Below are positions 7,798 through 17,734 of a DNA stretch of 64,000 bases, piece by piece; the stretch's first letter is position 1, and each line of letters starts with the position of its first letter. The stretch spans positions 193,768-257,767 of the forward strand of contig CAVXRE010000013.1 of the NCBI GenBank assembly GCA_963764175.1, read 5' to 3'. The notes below the pieces were generated by a model. That model saw only the letters and a program-made list of their open reading frames with translations, did not search any database and was not told the origin of the DNA. The position numbers and the translations under genes were made by a program. This DNA comes from an uncultured Verrucomicrobiae bacterium. GTDB lineage: Bacteria > Verrucomicrobiota > Verrucomicrobiia > Limisphaerales > UBA11358.

Positions 7798-10083
7798 TTA
7801 CGCTGGCGTTTGCCACGGCACTTCATAAATGCGCACGGCGCTGCGAATGCCTTTGACCGTGACCGGAAACATTTCGAGGCACGTGCCGGCCAGCGCCGGG
7901 TCGTCGCGCAACAAATGGTTGTAGGTTGTGTCGCTGATGATGATGCGACCGCTGCCGGAAACATTTTCGAGCCGGGCGGCAAGGTTCACCTCGTGGCCAA
8001 ACACCGTGTAGTTATATTGGTGCGTTTCCGAACCCATGAGGCCGACGGTGACGAGGCCGGTGTTGATGCCGGTGCCGAACTGCAGGGCGCGCAAAGGCGG
8101 CCTGGGCGGCAGGCCGGCGGAAAGCCGCGCGCGGTTTTCGGCCTCGCGCGAGGCATTTTCGCCCAGACGCCTGTGATTCAATTCATGGATGGCGCGTTGC
8201 GCGTCAACCGCCGCGCGCACACAGGCCAGCGCGTGCCCTGGATTGGGCGTCGGCGCGCCCCAAAACGCCATCACGCAGTCGCCGATGTATTTGTCGAGCG
8301 TTCCGCCATGTTTTTTCACCGCGTCGGCGACGACGGAGAGGTAAAGGTTCACCGTGTTGAGCGTTTCGCCTGCAAATTCATCGAAACAGGCCTCAGCCGT
8401 CCTGGAATCCAGTTGCCGTTCACGCACAAACACCGCGACCCGCTCCTGCATTTCATCCGTCAACGTCGTGAACCCGCGAACATCGGCGAAAAACACCGTC
8501 AATTCGCGGCGCGCACCGCCGAGGGCGAGTTTTTCCGCGCTCAACAATTCGTTCATCACGTCGGGTGAAACAATTTTTGAAAAGACGGATTTTACGCGGC
8601 GCTGTTCCCTCTGTTCAAACACGACGCGATAGGTGACGAGGCTCATGTGTTCCACCAGCATCGCGCCGGCAATCGGGAAAACGAACGGCAGCCAGAGTTG
8701 AAATTGGATGAAAGCAAAAAAACCGGCGCCGACATAGGCAAGCATCAGCAGCAAAACCGCGGCGCTGGCCGAAACGGCGCGCAGTTGCCAGGTCAGAAAG
8801 GCCGTCAGCGCGCCGAGCAAAATGATGAGCGTGATCTCCATGGACAGCGAAGCACGGCGGACAAACCGGCCGGTGATGACGGAATTGGCGACGTTCCAAT
8901 GCTTGCTGATGAGCAGGGTGTCGCGTTCGAGCGGTGTTGCACCGCGGTCGGTCAGGTCGTTGCCTTGCGCCGCCGAACCGACGATAACGAGTTTGCCATG
9001 AAAGTTGTTCCGTAATTCATTGGTTTCGCCGAGCAACCGCTCCCGGTCCTGCCAGAGCAAACTTTCAATCGGCGCGCGCATCAGGCGGGGATCGTTCGGC
9101 GCAAGCCGCCAGTCGATGTAAAAATAACCCCCGGCATCCACCGGAACGATGCGCTCAATACCATTTGCACCGCGCAACGTGATGCGCCCGCGCGGCAAAT
9201 CCACGTCAGCGTGGTCCAAATCCAGCTTCAGATCACGTGCGGCGAGTTCGATGCCCATGTCCCAGACGCGCTCGTCGGAAAAGGCCCTGGCCGTCGGCGC
9301 CATGCCCGGCGGAAGCTTGTCACCGATGAAAGCAGCCAGCTCGAAATTGGTTTGGGCGTCAATCGGCACCTTGATTTCCTCGCCGTTTGAACGCGGCAAA
9401 ATGATTTGTCCCGGCTCGATGCGCGCCAGGCGAAGGTCAATGCCAAATCCCGGATCGGCTTCGACTCTTTTGAACAACGGATGCCAGCGGCGGTAGATGC
9501 GGAAGGCTTTGGCGCGGCGCAAAACGCCGTCCGAATCCTTTTCCGTCGAGATGTCACCGATGGCCAGAGCGTTGGTGACGAACAAATCCGGAGGCGTCAC
9601 TTCGGGCGTGATGGCGATGAAGACATTGTTTGCACGGCGCATTTGCAGCGCGAAGAAGTCGTCGGATTCCATCAAGCCGCCGCTGGCCATCTGCACCGGC
9701 GGATGGTCGGGACGCAGTTCGCCAAACAGCACGTCGAATCCGACGGCTTCGGCGCCTTGGGCGGAAAGTTCCTCAACGAGCCGGCCATAAACCTGCCGCG
9801 GCCAGTAAAGGCCGTAATGGAAACCAAGCCGCCCGCTTTTGACGGCGGCGATGCTGGATTCCTCCATGGAGACAAAGGCGAGGTTGGTGGCGGCGGGCGC
9901 GGGAAAATTTTGGGCCGCGCGAACACGGAGATCGTAAGTCATCCGCTCCATCCGTTCGAAGAAATCAAATTGCAGCAGGCGGACACCGCATACGAGGCCG
10001 AGGACGAATACCGCCAGAATGGCCGGTGTGCGTTTGAGCGGTTTCAAGTTCACCGCATCCAGTAAAACAAAAAACCAAGGCAA
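7798..10083 (-). CDS. CHASE2-sensor class III adenylate/guanylate cyclase
   Basis: 761 aa. It has an N-terminal TM, a large periplasmic region, a 3-TM block and a C-terminal cyclase domain (TVFFADVRGFTTL, GDCVMAFWGAP, GHEVNLAARLE). The track start codon is non-ATG (TTG). Confidence 0.85.
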   Translation of the reverse strand: MPWFFVLLDAVNLKPLKRTPAILAVFVLGLVCGVRLLQFDFFERMERMTYDLRVRAAQNFPAPAATNLAFVSMEESSIAAVKSGRLGFHYGLYWPRQVYGRLVEELSAQGAEAVGFDVLFGELRPDHPPVQMASGGLMESDDFFALQMRRANNVFIAITPEVTPPDLFVTNALAIGDISTEKDSDGVLRRAKAFRIYRRWHPLFKRVEADPGFGIDLRLARIEPGQIILPRSNGEEIKVPIDAQTNFELAAFIGDKLPPGMAPTARAFSDERVWDMGIELAARDLKLDLDHADVDLPRGRITLRGANGIERIVPVDAGGYFYIDWRLAPNDPRLMRAPIESLLWQDRERLLGETNELRNNFHGKLVIVGSAAQGNDLTDRGATPLERDTLLISKHWNVANSVITGRFVRRASLSMEITLIILLGALTAFLTWQLRAVSASAAVLLLMLAYVGAGFFAFIQFQLWLPFVFPIAGAMLVEHMSLVTYRVVFEQREQRRVKSVFSKIVSPDVMNELLSAEKLALGGARRELTVFFADVRGFTTLTDEMQERVAVFVRERQLDSRTAEACFDEFAGETLNTVNLYLSVVADAVKKHGGTLDKYIGDCVMAFWGAPTPNPGHALACVRAAVDAQRAIHELNHRRLGENASREAENRARLSAGLPPRPPLRALQFGTGINTGLVTVGLMGSETHQYNYTVFGHEVNLAARLENVSGSGRIIISDTTYNHLLRDDPALAGTCLEMFPVTVKGIRSAVRIYEVPWQTPA

Positions 10084-10160
10084 CTCAAGGCTGCTTTGGT
10101 TTTAATACCACGGCCGCGCAGGCGCCGGTTTTACAACCGGCATGGCTGGGGCGCCGATTG

Positions 10161-10961
10161 TCAATGATGACCGGAAGTCGGCGATATGAAGCAGAAAGTC
10201 CCGTCGTACGTGAACGAAACAATTTCCACATACACGGTGTCTAGCGCCGTGGCGATTTGCTGCAACAAGTTGAGCACGTCCGGCGGCAACGGGGAAACCT
10301 GGCCGTTCAGGGGATTGAATTGATTGCCTTCACCGACCAGATAAGTCATCGGAGCGCCACTTGGCCCGACGATGGAGAGCAGCACGGAATTTTTGAGAAC
10401 CGCGCACCATCCACTCGCGTCAATTTCAAACAGCGTGCCGCGCACACCGGCGATGCCGTTGGGAATTTTAATGAGGTATTGGGACGCGGCAGAGAGCTTC
10501 CTGACGCTGCAGAAGATGCGGCCCTGCTTCAAATCCAGTTCCGTGTCGCTGACAGCATCCAGGCCGGTGTTCGAAACAGTCAGCTTGTCAATCGCCATCA
10601 TGGTGTCGCCCGTCAGGCGGACCATGTTCTGTTCGGTGGAAGGTCTGTAGTCAATCAAACCGCGAATGTTCGCGTCCGGCGCCGGTCCAACCCGGTCGGG
10701 CACGGGCGCGGCCTGCGGCATCTCCACGGTCTTGCCCAGCACAACGTCCACCGCGGCGTCGTGGGCCGTTTGAATGATGGATCCCGCGGCGAGCATTTTG
10801 CCAACAACAAGCGGATGCCAGCTCCCGTCGCCCAGCGAGTATCTGGCTTCGCCCTGGATGCGGACAATGGTGGCAACACCGGGCGTGAGAGTTTGGGCTG
10901 AAGCGGCAACGGCCAAGACGAGCATCGCGCCGCACATGGTTGCGGAAAGTATGTTTCTCAT
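10161..10961 (-). CDS. FecR-domain periplasmic protein
   Basis: 266 aa with a signal peptide (AMLVLAVAASAQT) and a FecR-like segment (IQGEARYSLGDGSWHPLVVGKMLAAGSIIQT). It lies directly upstream of and co-directional with the CHASE2 cyclase. Confidence 0.7.
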   Translation of the reverse strand: MRNILSATMCGAMLVLAVAASAQTLTPGVATIVRIQGEARYSLGDGSWHPLVVGKMLAAGSIIQTAHDAAVDVVLGKTVEMPQAAPVPDRVGPAPDANIRGLIDYRPSTEQNMVRLTGDTMMAIDKLTVSNTGLDAVSDTELDLKQGRIFCSVRKLSAASQYLIKIPNGIAGVRGTLFEIDASGWCAVLKNSVLLSIVGPSGAPMTYLVGEGNQFNPLNGQVSPLPPDVLNLLQQIATALDTVYVEIVSFTYDGTFCFISPTSGHH

Positions 10962-11026
10962 AATTGTCTTCTAGAAACTGCTGCCTATTTGATACCACAT
11001 TAAAAGCCGGGGCGCAAATGTCAAAT

Positions 11027-12931
11027 TTAAAAATTCGCAGGAAAAATGCCCTTGCCGGAGGCCCTTTCAATGAGCTTTTGCCCCGCCAAATCCAGATATG
11101 AGCTGGCGATATCGTTGCCATTGCCTTCCAGCCGGAGCGACCGTTCGAACCACGGCCTGGCGGCGGCATAATCTCCGGTTTGCACGTAATGCCAGCCGAC
11201 GATGGCGACGGTGTAGTAACCGTTTGGGTCAAGCGCCTCGGCCTGGCTGAAATAGGGTCCAGCTTGGTCGTAGCGGTCCAGCCAGTCGAGGCACATGCCA
11301 GCGCGCAAATAACTGTAAGCATCATAACGGTCCAGGCTCCGGGCGCGTGCATACCATTGCATCGCCGTTTCCGCCAGGTCCTCGTAATTGTCCCCGCCGT
11401 TGAAACTTTCCGTGCGGCAGGCCTCGCCGATGTCATAGGCCGTTACAAAATTCTTCGGTTCGGCGGCAAACGCCCTTTCCAAAGCCGCCGTGTGTCGGGG
11501 TGAAAAAAGATCCGGAAACCGCTCTGCGCGCGCCTGCCAGAAGGCTTCATGGCCGCGACGCCATTCCTGGCCGGTCAAGTAAACGACACCGCCGGCGAGA
11601 GCAATTGTCAGCAGAATTTTCACCGGCAACCGCGGCATGAGCCAGTAACGCTCCGTTGCAAACCGCAGGTTGCTGCTCAACAAGGCCAGCAGCGCCACGC
11701 CGACCAGCGCGTTGGCCGGGATGTGCAGGTTGAAATCCGCCACCGAATGCACCGCCAGCGCAAACAGGCCGGCGGCCGCGCCAAGAAAAAATGCGAAGCG
11801 ATTGCTCTGCCCGCTGACGAAATCCCTTTCCGAGCGGCGGACATGCCGCCACGTTTTGGCAAGCCCGGCCACAAAAATCGCCACTCCCGCCAGAACGATG
11901 ATCCCGCCCGCGGCGCCCCAGTCGGCCAGCAGGTTCAAGTAATCGTTGTGGACGCGATCGGGGCGCGCCTGGACGTTTTCCGGCCGGTACTCGCGGAAGC
12001 GGTAGTCGTAATGCGCCGGGCCAACCCCCCACCAAAAATGGTCCAGCCACATCCGCTCCGCTGCCGTCCAGATGTCGAATCGCACGGCCAGATCGAGGGT
12101 GTTGCTGCTCTGTCCTTTTTCCACGCGCCGCATGTAGCCGGCCGTCTGTGACAAATAGTTGCTGACAAAAACGGTTCCGGCGCCGAGCAAAATCAACAAC
12201 AACAACAATGCCCGCCAGCGATGTTTGCGGTGGCCGGTCAGAGTGAGCAAAAGCGCCAGCAATCCCGCCGCCGCCGCCACCCAGCCGCCGCGTGATAGCG
12301 TCACCGCCAGGCCCGCCGCCATGATCAGCACCGCGTAACCGAGCAGGATGCGAAGAACCGCGCTCATCCGCCCGACCAGAAGAAACGCCACCGCCAGCGG
12401 GAGCAGCATCTCCAGAAATCCAGCCAGATTGTTTGGCGAAATGTAGGTGCCCGAGGCGCGACCGGGATAAGGCGAAATCAAATTCCAAACGTGGTTCGAA
12501 TGCGTCCCCATCTGGGCCACCGCGTAGCTTGAAATTCCCACGGCTAGAAAAATCATCGTGTAACTCACAATTTGCACCGACTCCTGGCGATACAGATTGT
12601 TGACGATGGCGAAGAACAAAAAGGCGTACACCAGCACCTGGATCATCTCCAGCCGCGCGACGTATTCGATGTCCGCTGTGAGATAACGCGCCACGGCGTA
12701 AACCGCAAACGCCAGAACCACCCAGCCGATTGGCGGCCAGAGCAGTTTCGGCTTGGGGCTGAACCACAACCGCAGCGCCCACACGAGCATCACGGCCAGG
12801 GCAAGCCCCTGCACGACAAGAAACGCCCACGCATCCACCGCGCCCATTGCCAGCGGGGCAAAAACCAGAATGGCGAGGACGAGCGCCAGAATTCCACGCT
12901 CGAAAAATTTGTCCAGCGCTTCACGGTTCAT
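11027..12931 (-). CDS. O-antigen ligase/polymerase-like (Wzy_C) polytopic membrane protein with C-terminal TPR domain
   Basis: About 10-12 TM helices and a large loop (RVHNDYLNLLADWG typical of Wzy_C/O-antigen ligase), then soluble TPR-like repeats. Preferred start is the ATG at 12931 (MNREALDKF); the track start is 12988. Confidence 0.75.
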   Translation of the reverse strand: MNREALDKFFERGILALVLAILVFAPLAMGAVDAWAFLVVQGLALAVMLVWALRLWFSPKPKLLWPPIGWVVLAFAVYAVARYLTADIEYVARLEMIQVLVYAFLFFAIVNNLYRQESVQIVSYTMIFLAVGISSYAVAQMGTHSNHVWNLISPYPGRASGTYISPNNLAGFLEMLLPLAVAFLLVGRMSAVLRILLGYAVLIMAAGLAVTLSRGGWVAAAAGLLALLLTLTGHRKHRWRALLLLLILLGAGTVFVSNYLSQTAGYMRRVEKGQSSNTLDLAVRFDIWTAAERMWLDHFWWGVGPAHYDYRFREYRPENVQARPDRVHNDYLNLLADWGAAGGIIVLAGVAIFVAGLAKTWRHVRRSERDFVSGQSNRFAFFLGAAAGLFALAVHSVADFNLHIPANALVGVALLALLSSNLRFATERYWLMPRLPVKILLTIALAGGVVYLTGQEWRRGHEAFWQARAERFPDLFSPRHTAALERAFAAEPKNFVTAYDIGEACRTESFNGGDNYEDLAETAMQWYARARSLDRYDAYSYLRAGMCLDWLDRYDQAGPYFSQAEALDPNGYYTVAIVGWHYVQTGDYAAARPWFERSLRLEGNGNDIASSYLDLAGQKLIERASGKGIFPANF

Positions 12932-13070
12932 TTTGATTCGCGGAAAAATGGACGAGCCGCGCTTGAGAGTAAAGCGCGCTCGAAGCAAAATTTGCGGCCG
13001 CCGACGTGAGTCGGCTCAAATTTCCCCGGCAAAATGCGAGCGGACTGACGTCCGTTGCCACAGATCCAAA

Positions 13071-13307
13071 TCAACCGCGCGCGGCCGGTTTCTTTTTGGC
13101 GGTTTCCGGACGGAATTCCAGAATTTCTCCCGGCTGGCAGTCGAGTGTGTCGCAAATGGCTTCGAGCGTGGAGAAACGGATGGCCCTGGCCTTGCCGGTT
13201 TTGAGTATGGACAGATTTTGCGGCGTGATGTCCACTGCCTCGGCCAGATCGTTCAGCCGCATTTTCCGCTGCGCGAGAACCACGTCCAGATTGACGATGA
13301 TGGGCAT
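13071..13307 (-). CDS. XRE/Cro-type HTH transcriptional regulator (YozG-like)
   Basis: 78 aa. MPIIVNLDVVLAQRKMRLNDLAEAVDITPQNLSILKTGKARAIRFSTLEAIC matches the short YozG-type HTH family. Confidence 0.85.
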   Translation of the reverse strand: MPIIVNLDVVLAQRKMRLNDLAEAVDITPQNLSILKTGKARAIRFSTLEAICDTLDCQPGEILEFRPETAKKKPAARG

Positions 13308-13311
13308 AAGC

Positions 13312-13833
13312 TTAGACGGTCAATTCCTGTTCTTCCTGAATTTTCCGGCCTTCGTCCATGATCCAGGCGATGCAAATGATTGCAAAGCCGGGAATGATCC
13401 TGAAAAACGAGCTGAGGATGAACAGCGGCACCGTGTCCGACCAAAAATTAAGCGGCCTTGGATCAAGGTTGGCGGCTTGAATCACCGAGGAAACGCAGGC
13501 CAGAATTCCTATTAAAATGCTCATGCCGCCAATTCGCCGCAAACAATGGACGATACCCGAACCAAACAATTCGCCGCGGGCATAAAACCTAAAAAGCCTG
13601 TAGGCGAACCAGAGGCCGGCAGCCCAAGCCAAATTCATCACGCCGCCCCAAACAAGACCGGCTTTTTGCACGGGATGAAGCTGGTGAAATCCCAGTCCAA
13701 AAATGATTTCCAAGGCACCGCCAAGCCCGGCCAGCACAGCGGTGAAAAAAAAGAAAGTTCGGAGAGCCGTGCTGACTTTTTGAATTCGATTCAATCGAGA
13801 ACCGGCTTTTGGAGAAATTTCATTCGCATTCAT
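13312..13833 (-). CDS. DUF2975-like 4-TM membrane protein (usual partner of YozG-type regulators)
   Basis: Four hydrophobic segments, 4 nt upstream of the XRE gene. I prefer the start at M33 (13833); the track start is 13929. Confidence 0.6.
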   Translation of the reverse strand: MNANEISPKAGSRLNRIQKVSTALRTFFFFTAVLAGLGGALEIIFGLGFHQLHPVQKAGLVWGGVMNLAWAAGLWFAYRLFRFYARGELFGSGIVHCLRRIGGMSILIGILACVSSVIQAANLDPRPLNFWSDTVPLFILSSFFRIIPGFAIICIAWIMDEGRKIQEEQELTV

Positions 13834-13875
13834 GACGCGAAGAATAAGCCCATAAATTCCGTTAGTCAAGTCTTT

Positions 13876-13894
13876 TTTATCGTATAACGATAAA
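13876..13894. promoter_or_regulatory. Perfect 8-3-8 palindrome TTTATCGT-ATA-ACGATAAA, candidate operator of the XRE/DUF2975 operon
   Basis: Read directly and confirmed by the overlapping ORF translation (YLSLYDK). It lies ~43 nt upstream of the preferred DUF2975 start in an AT-rich stretch. Confidence 0.35.
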
Positions 13895-14088
13895 TATATT
13901 CCGATTAACAATCGCACGTTGGAGTTCAAGCTTCAGCTTGTCCAAATCGCGCGCTAAAGCGTGGACATCAACGCGAAGGCTGTAAAGTTTGCGAAGGAAT
14001 TTCCCACCTTCGTTTCCCTCGCGTTCTTCGCGCGACATTTTTCTGCTGTGGCAAATTCCGGCGATTCGTTTTACCCTGTGCAACATTT

Positions 14089-15198
14089 ATGACCGATCCG
14101 CGTTACAAAAGGCTGGCGAAGCTGCTGGTGGAATATTCCACCGCGCTCAAAAGTGGCGACCGCATCCTGCTCGACATGATCGACGTGCCCGATGAATTCA
14201 CCATCGAACTCATCCGCGCCGTTCGCGCGGCGGGCGCGACGCCGTTTGCCGAGGTCCGGCACACGCGGGTTTCCCGCGAGCTTTTGCTCGGGACAAACGA
14301 AAAGCACGCCGCGCAGGTCCGCGACATCGAGCTGTTCCGCATGAAAAAAATGCAGGCATACATCGCGATTCGCGGCAGCGGGAACGCTAGTGAAAATTCC
14401 GACGTCCCCGGCGACCGGATGCAGCTTTATTCGCGCATCAACCGGCCGGTGATGGATTATCGCGTCAACAAGACGCGCTGGTGCGTGCTGCGCTGGCCGA
14501 CACCGAGCATGGCGCAGGCCGCCGGCATGAGCACGGAGGCGTTCGAGAATCTGTATTTTGATGTGTGCACGATGGATTACGCGAAGATGGCGCGCGCGAT
14601 GGTCCCTCTGGAACGCCGCATGAAACGCGCCGACCGAGTCCAGCTCAAGGCGCCCGGAACCGACCTGACGTTCAGCATCAAGGGCATCGGCGCAAAAATG
14701 TGCAAGGGCGACCGGAACATTCCCGACGGCGAGGTGTTTTCCTGCCCGGTGAAAAATTCCGTGAACGGCGTCATTCAATTCAACACGCCCACGATTTATT
14801 CCGGAACAAAATTTGAAAATGTCCGGCTCAAATTCAAGGACGGCAAAATCATCAGCGCGACGGCGAACAACCCGAAGCGGCTGAACGAAATCCTGGACAC
14901 CGACGCCGGCGCCCGTTACGTCGGCGAATTTTCGCTCGGTTTCAATCCCTATATTTTGAACCCGATGTGCGACATTTTGTTCGACGAAAAAATCGCCGGC
15001 TCGCTGCACTTCACGCCGGGGCAGGCCTACGAGGAATGCGACAACGGCAACCGCTCGGCGGTGCATTGGGACATGGTGTTGATCCAGCGTCCCGATTGGG
15101 GTGGCGGCGAGGTGTGGTTCGACGGCGAACTGATCCGGAAGGACGGCGTGTTCGTTCCGAAGGATTTGAAGCAGTTGAATCCGGCGAGTCTGAAATAA
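14089..15198 (+). CDS. Aminopeptidase, M29 family (AmpS/PepS-like)
   Basis: 369 aa. The N-terminus MTDPRYKRLAKLLVEYSTALKSGDRILL and the overall length and pattern are typical of thermophilic-type M29 aminopeptidases. Confidence 0.85.
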   Translation: MTDPRYKRLAKLLVEYSTALKSGDRILLDMIDVPDEFTIELIRAVRAAGATPFAEVRHTRVSRELLLGTNEKHAAQVRDIELFRMKKMQAYIAIRGSGNASENSDVPGDRMQLYSRINRPVMDYRVNKTRWCVLRWPTPSMAQAAGMSTEAFENLYFDVCTMDYAKMARAMVPLERRMKRADRVQLKAPGTDLTFSIKGIGAKMCKGDRNIPDGEVFSCPVKNSVNGVIQFNTPTIYSGTKFENVRLKFKDGKIISATANNPKRLNEILDTDAGARYVGEFSLGFNPYILNPMCDILFDEKIAGSLHFTPGQAYEECDNGNRSAVHWDMVLIQRPDWGGGEVWFDGELIRKDGVFVPKDLKQLNPASLK

Positions 15199-15228
15199 AA
15201 AACAGCCGCGAACCGGAGCTCGCGGCTG
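15196..15228 (-). terminator. Intrinsic terminator downstream of the LysR gene
   Basis: 9-bp perfect stem CAGCCGCGA/TCGCGGCTG with an 8-nt loop. On the minus strand it is followed by TTTTTTATTT. It lies between convergent gene ends. Confidence 0.6.
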
Positions 15229-15246
15229 CAAATCGGACCGTCAACT

Positions 15247-16128
15247 TCAGGCCGCTTCCTTGAGCAGCGCGAGGAACTGCTTCATGGCCGGCGAGAGCAC
15301 CTTGTTCTTCTTGTAGATCGCCGCGATGGGCCGGTAATAAGAACCATCTTCGACCTGCACGGCGGCAAGCGTCTGCTTGGCGATTTCCTGCACGACCGTG
15401 CCTTGCGGCACGATGGAAATACCGGCGTCAATTTCCACCGCGCGTTTCACCGTCTCGATGTTGTCGAATTCCATCGCGTGCCGCGGGTCCACGCCGTGCT
15501 CCTTCAAAATCTTGTCCAGCGCCTTGCGGGTCGGGATGTCCGGCTCGAAGCCGATGATCTTCTGCCCGGCAAGCTGTTTGAACTTGATGGATTTCTGCTT
15601 GGCGAATGGATGCTGCGGATGGCAGATCAGCACCAGCGGGTCCTTGCGCAGGGCAACGATTTCGAGCTTGGCGTCCTTGGCCGGATATGCAACCAGCCCC
15701 AAATCCACGACGTTGCTGAACACGTCGTCATAAACCTGGTTGGCGCGGCGATACTCAACATGGACGTTGACCGGCGGGTACAGCTTCATGAATTTTTTGA
15801 TGTACGGCGGCAAATCGTGAAGGCCGATGCTGTAAATCGTCGCCACCCGGATCGTGCCGGAAATGATGTCCTTCAATTCCTGCAACTTGCTGTGCAGCGA
15901 CTCATAAGTCTGGATGATTTGCTTGCTGTAATCGTAAAGCGTCTGCCCTTCGCGCGTGAGGCGGAATTTCTTTTTGCTCCGCTCGATCAGCAGCGACTTG
16001 AACTGCCGTTCGAGTGAACTGATCTGCTGGCTCACGGCAGATTGAGTGACTTCATTGATTTGCGCGGCCTTGGTAAAACTGCCCGTTTCGGCCAGGTCGC
16101 AGAACACTTTCAAGCTTTCAATTTGCAT
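15247..16128 (-). CDS. LysR-family transcriptional regulator
   Basis: 293 aa with the N-terminal HTH FCDLAETGSFTKAAQINEVTQSAVSQQISSLE and a LysR substrate-binding domain of the expected length. Confidence 0.9.
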   Translation of the reverse strand: MQIESLKVFCDLAETGSFTKAAQINEVTQSAVSQQISSLERQFKSLLIERSKKKFRLTREGQTLYDYSKQIIQTYESLHSKLQELKDIISGTIRVATIYSIGLHDLPPYIKKFMKLYPPVNVHVEYRRANQVYDDVFSNVVDLGLVAYPAKDAKLEIVALRKDPLVLICHPQHPFAKQKSIKFKQLAGQKIIGFEPDIPTRKALDKILKEHGVDPRHAMEFDNIETVKRAVEIDAGISIVPQGTVVQEIAKQTLAAVQVEDGSYYRPIAAIYKKNKVLSPAMKQFLALLKEAA

Positions 16129-16156
16129 AAGCGCGATTAAACAACAAATTCAAGTT

Positions 16157-17689
16157 TTAGTCAACAGGGTGTTTTCTGGCAAGGACTTGCTTGACCTTGG
16201 CCAGCAATTCCGCGCTCGTGAACGGCTTTTGCAGATACGACGTGCCCGTCTGCTTGTCGGCGGGCATGACATAGCCGCTCGTGCATAAGATGCTCATTGC
16301 CGGGGCCAGTTGCCGGATGTGCTCGACGAGCTCGCGCCCGCCCATGCCCGGCATCACCAAATCCGTCACGACCAGGTCTGCCTTGATGTCATCCCGCGAC
16401 AAGATCGCCAGCGCCTTTTGCCCGCTGTTCGCCGTCAAAACCTTGTAGCCATATTCCGTCAAAATCGTCTCGGCCATCGTCAGCAGCAGATTCTCGTCAT
16501 CCACCACCAGCACGGTTTCGGTGCCCTGCAAATCACCCTCCGTGCCGGCGCTTTCGTGGATGTATTCCTTTTCCGCGGGCAGATAAACCCGCGCCGACGT
16601 CCCGGCGCCGGGCTGGCTGGAAATCACCACGCCGCCGCCGTGATTGGTCACGATGCCATAGACCAGCGCCAGCCCCAGGCCCCGGTGGGATTTTTTGGTC
16701 GTGAAAAACGGCTCAAAAATCCGCGGCATCACGTCCGGTTCAATGCCACCGCCGTTGTCCGTGATTTCCACGCAAACGTAAGTGCCCGCCACCAGCCGCA
16801 CGTTGCGGTCCTGCGTCGGCTCGGTCAATTCCACGTTGCGCGTCTGCACGGTGACCTGCCCGCCCTGCCGGTCATCGCCGACCGCTTCCACGGCATTCTC
16901 CAGAATTTTTGTCAGCGCCTGCTGCACCTTCGCCTCGTCGTACCGCACGCCAAACGGGTTCTTTTCCAGTTGAACGTTCCACTGGATTTTCGCGCCGTGC
17001 GCGTTGCGGAAAAATTCCACGCACCGGTTCGCCACCTCGTTCAGGTTGCCCGCCGGGGAGCGGTGGGTTTCCTTTTCCTGGCGGCTGAAGGTCTGAAGCT
17101 CGTTGGCGATTTCCGCCGCGTGCTCGGCGGATTTTTCCACCTCCATCAGCGAACGCCGCCATGGATGCCCCGCCTCGGCCTTGCTCAAAAGCAGCGAGGT
17201 GTGGCCAAGCACGCTCGTCAACGCGTTGTTGAAATCCAGCGACACGGTCCGCGCCAGCTGCAGCGCGCAATCCAGCTTTTGTTTGAGCACCGCGCCGCTC
17301 GGGTCCGCCGCGGCCCTGGTTTCGTCGTGCATGCCCGGCCCCGCAGGCGCCGGTTCGACTGCGGGCAGCAATTGCAGGACATACCATTTGCTCCCTTCAC
17401 GGCTGAAGGCGCAAATCGCCGCCGTGAATTTTCTTGCGGTGCCATCCGCCACGCGAAGTTTCAACTCGGTGACGGGCGCGGGCAATTGCTCCCAGCGCGT
17501 GAAGAAATCCTCCGGGTTCCCGGTGTTTTCCGGCGACCAGACCGCCGACAATGGCGGCGCTTCGCCGGCCAGCACCGCGCCAAAAGTGGCCACAGCAGCC
17601 GCGTTAGCGCGCAGCACCACGCTGCCCGCGTTCAACAGCAGCGCCGGCCAGGCCGCGCCCTCCAGACCAAATACAACTTCAGGCTTCAT
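16157..17689 (-). CDS. Hybrid sensor histidine kinase / response regulator
   Basis: H-box (LTSVLGHTSLLL), HATPase boxes (DNGGGI, GLGLALV) and a C-terminal receiver (VLVVDDE ... DLVMPGMGG). Confidence 0.85.
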   Translation of the reverse strand: MKPEVVFGLEGAAWPALLLNAGSVVLRANAAAVATFGAVLAGEAPPLSAVWSPENTGNPEDFFTRWEQLPAPVTELKLRVADGTARKFTAAICAFSREGSKWYVLQLLPAVEPAPAGPGMHDETRAAADPSGAVLKQKLDCALQLARTVSLDFNNALTSVLGHTSLLLSKAEAGHPWRRSLMEVEKSAEHAAEIANELQTFSRQEKETHRSPAGNLNEVANRCVEFFRNAHGAKIQWNVQLEKNPFGVRYDEAKVQQALTKILENAVEAVGDDRQGGQVTVQTRNVELTEPTQDRNVRLVAGTYVCVEITDNGGGIEPDVMPRIFEPFFTTKKSHRGLGLALVYGIVTNHGGGVVISSQPGAGTSARVYLPAEKEYIHESAGTEGDLQGTETVLVVDDENLLLTMAETILTEYGYKVLTANSGQKALAILSRDDIKADLVVTDLVMPGMGGRELVEHIRQLAPAMSILCTSGYVMPADKQTGTSYLQKPFTSAELLAKVKQVLARKHPVD

Positions 17690-17734
17690 TTAAAATCGCA
17701 AAAGCAAGGCAGCGTACGATTCCCCGGGAAAATT

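Noticed and set aside
14071-15231. 386-aa minus-strand ORF antisense to the M29 aminopeptidase
   Set aside because: It is antisense to a well-supported gene and its sequence is Arg/Ala/His-rich low-information. The same reasoning applies to 19046-19810, 22255-23250, 51739-52674 and 55366-56334.
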